The notes under the pieces: generated by a model
The model's input: the letters and a program-made list of their open reading frames with translations, nothing else
Told to the model about the DNA's origin: nothing
Database searches by the model: none
Part shown: in pieces, positions 8,558 to 14,650 of the stretch
Numbering within the stretch: the stretch's first letter is position 1
Layout of the letters: each line of letters opens with the position of its first letter
NCBI GenBank assembly: GCA_049599895.1
Contig: JBMYPC010000026.1
Coordinates: forward strand, 1-28,559
Origin: Bacteriovoracaceae bacterium
GTDB lineage: Bacteria > Bdellovibrionota > Bacteriovoracia > Bacteriovoracales > Bacteriovoracaceae
DNA length: 28,559 nt
Reading direction: 5' to 3'
Translations under genes and position numbers: made by a program

Positions 8558-9910
8558 TCAGTGGGTGAGATCAGGGTCTTTCTGAGAAGAGACTCGAGTT
8601 TTATTTTGAAAGTCGAGGGCAACGAGATTGTCGAGTTCCTCGTCTTTATTTTTATAAAGTTTCAAGTTCGAGGCCTTTGAGTCAATTTGATTGGCCTCAT
8701 CATGTTCTGATGGACTTTCAAAAACATCATCATCAAGATCGAGCTTTTCGTTAGGGTTTTTAAGGGAGTGCTTAAGTTTCTCAACTGTACCGTGAAGTTC
8801 TTCATGATAAGGGGCCAGACTTAAAGCGAATGAGAATTCTTCTAAGGCCTTTGCATAATTATTCAGCATGACATAGGCCCTACCAGAATTAATATAAGGG
8901 TATTCTCGGTTTTGGTAGTTGCTTGCATTTTTAGCAAGATCAAACCATTTTAAACTCTCTTCGACTTTTCCTTCATTGAGAAGGTAGCTACCAAGGTCAT
9001 TAAGGGAAGGCCCATAACTTGGATCAAGTTTGATCGACTTTAAGCAGTATTTTTTTGCTTTATTAAAGTCACCAATAAGGGAATAAGACCAAGCAATCAA
9101 TGTGAGAACTTCAGGAGTTTCAAGGTAGTTTAAAGCCTTTTTGAAATTTTGCAGTCCTTCCTCATTATTCTTTTTAAAGATCGCTTGATGACCTTGTCTT
9201 AAAAAGGTCTTATATCTCTTTTCTCTTTGCCAAAGAAGAGTTTCAACGGTGATGTTTTCGGCTTCAGCAACTTTTTGAACGTCTTCGAGTTTGAGATAGA
9301 AACTTGGAATGATCTCGTCATTTTCAACTTGAGAGTTTGTCTCGGAATCCATCTCGATAAGATTTGTTCTAGGGAGCTGAATATCAATTTCAGAAATAGA
9401 GTGGGCAAGAATATGAAGTTCATAACTTGCTCGATAAAGCCAATTGATATAATCCACAGCAGTTTTTGTTATTGAGCTTGAGTGAAAGTTAAAGCTTATA
9501 AGGGATTCCATAAGCTGAGTGGTTCTTTCGTTATAAAAACTCAGAGACTGATTTGCATCAGGTCTACAAAGAAGAGATCTAAATTTATCTGCGAGAATCT
9601 CCTGCTCAACAAAAGCTTGAAGTTGATGCTTAAACTTGGCCTCGAGCTGTTGGAAGTCTGCGCGATGACCGATTTCTGAGAATTGATCAATGGCATAGAG
9701 GAGTCTTTCAAGGTAACCAGAGGCACAGTGGAGCTCTGACAATAAGAGATTCTTAAGATTTGTGTTCATATCATCCTTGTATGTTTCTTGAGCGGAGAAC
9801 GTCCTTGTCCCGCTATGTTCTTCTAAATTTTGTTCCCTTAAAAAACTCATTAATTCAAAATTAATAAGACCAGGATTTTTTAAATTTAAAAGAATATCTC
9901 TTGTCTTCAT
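8558..9910 (-). CDS. tetratricopeptide-repeat protein with unknown N-terminal helical domain
   Basis: C-terminal TPR-like units (AKKYCLKSIKLDPSYGPSLNDLGSYL; PYINSGRAY...ALEEFSFALSLAP) and an acidic, probably disordered tail. Confidence 0.8.
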   Translation of the reverse strand: MKTRDILLNLKNPGLINFELMSFLREQNLEEHSGTRTFSAQETYKDDMNTNLKNLLLSELHCASGYLERLLYAIDQFSEIGHRADFQQLEAKFKHQLQAFVEQEILADKFRSLLCRPDANQSLSFYNERTTQLMESLISFNFHSSSITKTAVDYINWLYRASYELHILAHSISEIDIQLPRTNLIEMDSETNSQVENDEIIPSFYLKLEDVQKVAEAENITVETLLWQREKRYKTFLRQGHQAIFKKNNEEGLQNFKKALNYLETPEVLTLIAWSYSLIGDFNKAKKYCLKSIKLDPSYGPSLNDLGSYLLNEGKVEESLKWFDLAKNASNYQNREYPYINSGRAYVMLNNYAKALEEFSFALSLAPYHEELHGTVEKLKHSLKNPNEKLDLDDDVFESPSEHDEANQIDSKASNLKLYKNKDEELDNLVALDFQNKTRVSSQKDPDLTH

Positions 9911-9953
9911 GTTAATGGTGATCCTTTCACATTGCCAAGTTGGAATAATAACA

Positions 9954-9987
9954 GAGCGTCTAACTAGGATTAATTGTTCAGACGTCT
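9954..9987. terminator. imperfect hairpin between the small gene and the TPR gene
   Basis: GAGCGTCTAAC...GTT(C)AGACGTC arms around an 11-nt loop. No clear U-tract in the transcribed (minus) direction. Confidence 0.3.
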
Positions 9988-9988
9988 T

Positions 9989-10180
9989 TTAAAGATTCGC
10001 AGAATTCATTCCAATGAAACAAATTCCTAAGAACTGCAGTATCCATAGGCAATAGATAAAGACTTGAGTCTTGAGCTCGTCATCAATGGTCTTTGCTTTG
10101 ACTTGAATTTGCTGAGCATTCATTTTTTTTATAGTTTGGATGTTAGAAATTGTTGTTTTTTGATGTGATTCAAATCCCAT
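9989..10180 (-). CDS. small hypothetical membrane protein (63 aa, C-terminal TM helix)
   Basis: ATG at 10180 preceded by GGGGAG. Hydrophobic C-terminus VFIYCLWILQFLGICFIGM. Confidence 0.6.
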   Translation of the reverse strand: MGFESHQKTTISNIQTIKKMNAQQIQVKAKTIDDELKTQVFIYCLWILQFLGICFIGMNSANL

Positions 10181-10290
10181 TTGTGACTCCCCGGTGCGCG
10201 GCAATGGTTGCCAGTGGCAAGCATTGAAGCGTCCAGCGGACGCCTTACTACCTAAAGTGAGACTCAGTCATTTGAGTCTGGTTTTATTGT

Positions 10291-10306
10291 TACAAGTGGG
10301 ATGCCA
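10291..10306 (-). promoter_or_regulatory. sigma54 (-24/-12)-like promoter, variant -12 TTGT
   Basis: Minus strand TGGCAT-CCCAC-TTGTA has canonical GG-N10-G spacing, and a near-identical site lies at 19520-19535. Confidence 0.5.
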
Positions 10307-10377
10307 AAAGTCGTAGGTCTAAATACTTAAAATTGTGTATTGGATATAACTCTTTTAAGGGAATATGACACCAGAGG

Positions 10378-10488
10378 GAGGTCAGACTGTCTCCGTCGGG
10401 GCGGTCCGTGCTGTCCGCACTGATAACACTGTCTTCTGATTCTGAGGGACTGTTTACGGCTCGGACCGTCCCGACAGTAACGGATCTC
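10378..10488 (+). ncRNA. candidate GC-rich rod-shaped structured RNA or inverted-repeat element
   Basis: Arms GTCGGGGCGGTCCGTGCTGT (10395-10414) and ACGGCTCGGACCGTCCCGAC (10456-10475) give 17 Watson-Crick pairs, 2 G.U pairs on the + strand and 1 mismatch. Further pairing is possible outside (GAGGTC/GATCTC) and inside (AACA-GTC/GAC-TGTT). Confidence 0.35.
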
Positions 10489-13369
10489 AGTAACGAATCA
10501 ATCGATTCGAGGTGCTCACTTTCTTATACCGATTGGTAATCTGCTTAAAAATATTCGAACTCTTTGATCCAATAGCAGCGGGAGACCTGTAAGAATCAAC
10601 TCCGTTTTTTCCTTTGCGTCCTTTGAAGTTCGCAAATGGATTTTTTACTTTCTTTTTCTTAGAGCGCTTAAACTTTCTTCCACTTGAATACCCTAAGCTT
10701 CCGGTAGAGTCTCCATCGTACTTGGTTTTTCCTGAACTTAAATCATAACCTGAGGCACCTGGAGCTCCACCTCGTGGGGCACCGCCACCTGGAGCTGCGG
10801 CACTACCGCCACCACCTCCGCCTCCGCCACCTCCGGCAAAGGGATTGGCCCCTTTCGCAAGTTTTCCTGGGCCAACACCACCTTCGATGCTGTTTCCACC
10901 CTTATCAACTGTTGCGAGAGGTTTTGCAAAACCAGTAGGTCTTTTTCCATTTGTACTTGCGACCGCTGAAGAGCTATCACCATTTCCGTTTCCATCATCC
11001 GTTAAAGTCGCCCCTCCGGTTGAAGCTGTTCCAGCATCACCAAAGTTATAAGCAACATCAGGGAGTCCATAAATTCGAGAGTCATCAAGATTTAAACAAT
11101 CAGGGTGAGTGGGAAAACCAGCGCACAAAGTGTCTTTTAAATCTTCACCAGTAAAGGTGAGGGGAATCGGTTCAAAGTTTTTGATTCCGGCCAGAAGTCC
11201 ATCAATTCGACTCGCTTGTTTTTTTAAGATACTTGCTTGAAGAAGAGCTGTCGCCAGTTGCGCCCCAGAGTTAAAAAGCTCTTGGGTGATTTGCTCACGG
11301 GCTTGTTCGTTTTCAAGGTGGGCCATGCCTTGTCCACCTTGTACTGCTTTTCGACAAAGATTTTCAATTTCATGTTCATTAAGAGCTGTCTCTCCATCTG
11401 AAAGGTTTCCATAAGTCTCTTGTTCTAGATGAGATAGCGCTGCCGTTACTTGAGACATATCAAGCTGAGCAGCAGCTTCTTCTGAAAGTTTTGTTACTCT
11501 TTCGTCTGCTCGCTTTTTTGTAAACTTTCCGAATTCTTTATAAAGTGAATCAATATACTTGGCCTCACATTCAATATTAGGGAGACATCGATTAATAAGG
11601 TCTTCTGAGTCAGGCATTTTACTCTTTATGGTAAAGAGAACACCCATTTTGACCCCTTCAAAAGCTGCATTTTGAACTGCAATATCGGCTTTTTTAAGGA
11701 TTGATTCTTTTTGTTGCATGAGAGGAAGTTTATAATCTTGCCCGTTGTCTCTCATTAATCGAGTCTGCATATCAAATTGAAAGTCTTGCATATCAATTTG
11801 TTGAAAAGCAGTAAGACCTTGTTTCCCCACCATGGCGATATTGTAAGCATTGATTCCATCGTTACAGGCTTGAAAGTCCTGAGTCTCTGATCCAACTGAG
11901 CGACAAGAGATTTTTCCATCAAAGGAAGCTTTTTCTTGTTCATCAAGGTTATCATCCTCGTAACTTATAGGATCAATAATATGGTAAGAAGCTGCACAGC
12001 TTTTCATTCTTGATCTTAGGCCATTCGCTTTTTTGATATATTTTTTACTTAAGCTCACGATCGAGTCTTTATCAGCAGATTTGATTTGATCATCAAAGTC
12101 ACTAAAGAGGGCCGCGAAGCCACGATTCCATCGGTTTTCTATCCCTGAGTCTTCTCCAAGTTGATCCCAGGGCTTATCTGATTTTCTTTGGCAATTAAAA
12201 TAGGGGTTCGTTCCCGGAGGGATTTGAGAGTCGATATCCTCGACATCATTATCTTCCATTGCAGTTATAAATGAAGGCTCTTTACCTGGAGCTTCATCTC
12301 CTGGAAAAGTCATGTCGACACAGGAGAGAGCTTTTTCAGTGGTCTCCTCAGACTTTGTTTCCTGTTCTACAACTGCAGCTCGAGTTACTAAACCCTCTCC
12401 TGTTTTTGTTCCTGCTTCCTTTAGTTCCTCTGGGCTTGTTCCACCACTGTTGGCGGTGACTTCTCCATCAGAACTTCCATCTCCTTCAGCTGTTATAGTA
12501 TCTTCAGGTTCAGGATCAGCTTGAGGCTCCTCTTTACCAGGACCCTGTTCCGCCTTTGCCTCTGCCAGTTGACTTTCTTTTTCTTCAAGGGCTTTCTCTA
12601 GGCTTTCAATGTCTTCTGGAGAGCCTTCAGTCCCTTTCTTTTTTTCCTCTTCAATAAGTTTTTCAATTTCTTTTTTGTGAGATTCTAGCTCAGCAACTTG
12701 GTTTAGTGGTTGAGTTTTATCTAAGAGTTCTTGATAAATCTCTGGACCGTCTTCTACAGATTCGAGTATCCCTTCTCCTAGACTTTCTGCTGCTTCACGT
12801 CTTTCATGATCCGACTTAGTAGTATCCTTAAAAGTTTTAATTAGTTTGTTTTTGGTGTATAACTCAGAGTAGATTTTCTTATCTTCTTCGCTTAATAATC
12901 CCTTATTTTCTAGTTGTCTTGCGGCTTCAATTCTGTTTGCATCAGATTCCTTTTCATTATCGAAGATCTTCCAGTTTGGATCAGTTTTAACCTGTTGTCC
13001 TTTGTCTTGAGTTTGCTCTTGAGCTTGAGCTTGAGCTTGAGCTTGAGCTTGAGCTTGAGCTTGAGCTTGCTCTTGAACTTGCTCTTGAGCTTGAGCTTGC
13101 TCTTGAACTTGAGCTTGTTTCTGCTCTTCAACTTGTTGTTTGAGCAACTGTAGTTGTTCCTTTGCAGCTTCGTCGAAGACATCACCATATAATTCTTTAA
13201 TTGTTGGAACTGCTTTTAATATTTCATGTGCCGGAGCATTTGGATTAATAATTGCTTTGCCGGAAGAAACTTTTATCAGATAATTTTCTTCAGAGGTCTT
13301 GGCTTCGGTTGCGTTAACGATTCCCGAAAAGCAAAAAATAAATAACAAAGTTGAAAGCTTCATAGGCAT
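10487..13369 (-). CDS. large secreted protein (QA repeat, acidic linker, Cys-containing core, Gly-rich tail, C-terminal IFxxITxRY motif)
   Basis: 960 aa with signal peptide MKLSTLLFIFCFSGIVNA (start 13369 or 13363). Low-complexity regions and paired Cys are visible in the translation. Confidence 0.85.
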   Translation of the reverse strand: MPMKLSTLLFIFCFSGIVNATEAKTSEENYLIKVSSGKAIINPNAPAHEILKAVPTIKELYGDVFDEAAKEQLQLLKQQVEEQKQAQVQEQAQAQEQVQEQAQAQAQAQAQAQAQAQEQTQDKGQQVKTDPNWKIFDNEKESDANRIEAARQLENKGLLSEEDKKIYSELYTKNKLIKTFKDTTKSDHERREAAESLGEGILESVEDGPEIYQELLDKTQPLNQVAELESHKKEIEKLIEEEKKKGTEGSPEDIESLEKALEEKESQLAEAKAEQGPGKEEPQADPEPEDTITAEGDGSSDGEVTANSGGTSPEELKEAGTKTGEGLVTRAAVVEQETKSEETTEKALSCVDMTFPGDEAPGKEPSFITAMEDNDVEDIDSQIPPGTNPYFNCQRKSDKPWDQLGEDSGIENRWNRGFAALFSDFDDQIKSADKDSIVSLSKKYIKKANGLRSRMKSCAASYHIIDPISYEDDNLDEQEKASFDGKISCRSVGSETQDFQACNDGINAYNIAMVGKQGLTAFQQIDMQDFQFDMQTRLMRDNGQDYKLPLMQQKESILKKADIAVQNAAFEGVKMGVLFTIKSKMPDSEDLINRCLPNIECEAKYIDSLYKEFGKFTKKRADERVTKLSEEAAAQLDMSQVTAALSHLEQETYGNLSDGETALNEHEIENLCRKAVQGGQGMAHLENEQAREQITQELFNSGAQLATALLQASILKKQASRIDGLLAGIKNFEPIPLTFTGEDLKDTLCAGFPTHPDCLNLDDSRIYGLPDVAYNFGDAGTASTGGATLTDDGNGNGDSSSAVASTNGKRPTGFAKPLATVDKGGNSIEGGVGPGKLAKGANPFAGGGGGGGGGGSAAAPGGGAPRGGAPGASGYDLSSGKTKYDGDSTGSLGYSSGRKFKRSKKKKVKNPFANFKGRKGKNGVDSYRSPAAIGSKSSNIFKQITNRYKKVSTSNRLIRY
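13007..13120. repeat. in-frame hexanucleotide tandem repeat (TTGAGC)n encoding Gln-X repeats
   Basis: Eight perfect TTGAGC copies at 13019-13066 within 19 TTGNNN units (TTGCTC, TTGAAC, TTGAGT, TTGTTT variants). Confidence 0.95.
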
Positions 13370-13400
13370 TCCTATACAAAATTAAAATATCCTAGTTCTA

Positions 13401-13428
13401 TTATCGGTTAAATTAGTGAAATATTTGA
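13401..13428 (-). promoter_or_regulatory. sigma28 (FliA)-like promoter for the 960-aa gene
   Basis: Minus strand (T)CAAA, 15 nt, ACCGATAA versus the consensus TAAA-N15-GCCGATAA; about 30 nt upstream of the start. Confidence 0.55.
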
Positions 13429-13535
13429 GCTTTTTATTCTTGCGAGATAGTAAGGTACTGTAATTAAAGAGGAATGTCGTTGGGAGGAGGAATTCTTTCT
13501 TGCTCAAATTTTTGGCAATATGGTACTTAGAGGCC

Positions 13536-13940
13536 ATGAAATACGAAACGAAAGTGAGAAAAGAGCATATCGATAGCTTAGGGCATATGAATCATGCCCA
13601 GTACCTCGAGATGTTTGAAGCTGCGAGATGGGCGACTCTTGAGGAGTATGAGCTTCGGGGGATGACTCTTACCAAGTACTTAATGGAGCATCTCAAATAT
13701 GGTCCTGTGATTTTAAATGCCAATATCTCTTATAAAAAAGAGCTGATTCTCGATGAAAAGGTTTTTATCACCACAAAGTATTCTGAAGGCCGAAGAAGTT
13801 TTCTTTTGAGCATTTATCAAGAGATGTTCAACGAAAAAAATGAGCTTGCAGCAGTAGGTGAGTATGTCATGAGCTTTATGGATTTAAGAGAGCGCAAGGT
13901 TGTAAAACTTCCCGACGAAATAAAATCTTTAATTTATTAA
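13536..13940 (+). CDS. acyl-CoA thioesterase (YbgC/FadM, 4HBT hotdog family)
   Basis: 'IDSLGHMNHAQYLEMFEAAR' matches the D..GH.NN..Y...FE.AR motif. The ATG at 13536 is preferred to the TTG at 13500. Confidence 0.9.
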   Translation: MKYETKVRKEHIDSLGHMNHAQYLEMFEAARWATLEEYELRGMTLTKYLMEHLKYGPVILNANISYKKELILDEKVFITTKYSEGRRSFLLSIYQEMFNEKNELAAVGEYVMSFMDLRERKVVKLPDEIKSLIY

Positions 13941-14650
13941 TTCACCCTTAAAAAATAACGCTCATAAAGTTCTTCGAAGTGATCGACAATCGTTTCAAGA
14001 AGATGAAACTCAATACCTTTGTCTTTGGTTTTTTTGAGAAAGAAATCATAATAATCTTTTTTAGTTTGTTTCTTAATCAAGATTTCTGCTGAAGGAAAAT
14101 GGCTTAGATGCCACGGTTCAGGGGCCACGCCTCCTAAGTCATTTAAGTAAGGCCTTTTAAAATTGAATCTCTGGCAATTTGAAGTGATAAATTCTGTTAA
14201 CTTCGAAAATGGGCCATCTTGATCATATTCACTAGGTTCGAGTTTCAGTTTATAGTCTTTAGCGACAGCTCTTTTATCATAGACATCAATCTCGCTTCCT
14301 AGGTGATGACGAGAGAGTCCTGGAATTGCACTATAGCGACAGATAGCATGAATCTTTTCAATAGGAGAAAGGCTTTTCATATCAACAGAGTCTGCTTGAT
14401 CATCGTGGACTAAAAGCTCTCCTTGAACTTTTCTGTTCCAAATCGAAAGCTGTCTCTCAAAACTTCGATAACCACTGACAACTGTTAGATCAATCCCTTC
14501 GTTTAAAGCCTCTTTTTTTAAATGACTGAGGTCATCGACAATATCGTTCATGACCAAGATGTTCTCTTGATCGTGTACCAGTTTTTTGTCCTTGAGAAGG
14601 GGATAGAGCTCGATGAGGTCTTGTTCGTAAGCTTTAAAGTTATTCGTCAT
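13937..14650 (-). CDS. M15-family (VanY-like) zinc D-Ala-D-Ala carboxypeptidase
   Basis: SGYRSFERQ, SRHHLGSEID (SxHxxGxxxD) and EPWH motifs. The ATG at 14650 overlaps the end of the 619-aa gene. No signal peptide is visible. Confidence 0.9.
   Translation of the reverse strand: MTNNFKAYEQDLIELYPLLKDKKLVHDQENILVMNDIVDDLSHLKKEALNEGIDLTVVSGYRSFERQLSIWNRKVQGELLVHDDQADSVDMKSLSPIEKIHAICRYSAIPGLSRHHLGSEIDVYDKRAVAKDYKLKLEPSEYDQDGPFSKLTEFITSNCQRFNFKRPYLNDLGGVAPEPWHLSHFPSAEILIKKQTKKDYYDFFLKKTKDKGIEFHLLETIVDHFEELYERYFLRVN

Noticed and set aside
10294..10345. Resemblance to the c-di-GMP-I riboswitch core (GTGGGATGCCAAAAGTCGTAGGTCTAA vs GGGACGCAAAGC...GGTCTAA)
   Set aside because: The 5' GGCAAA/GNRA-tetraloop P2 and the closing 3' P1 strand are not visible, and the same bases are explained by the minus-strand sigma54-like site. 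A cmscan against Rfam would settle it.
10445..10453. GAGGGACTG, as in SAM-I riboswitch P2
   Set aside because: No following GCCC, no GCAACC and no P1 AUC/GAU; no downstream + strand gene.
13007..13120. Repeat as a CRISPR array or phase-variation switch
   Set aside because: There are no spacers or cas genes, and the 6-nt unit preserves the reading frame.
12910..13188. ORFs 12910..13188 (-, poly-KL) and 12914..13153 (+, poly-LS)
   Set aside because: These are alternative-frame readings of the TTGAGC repeat inside the 960-aa gene.
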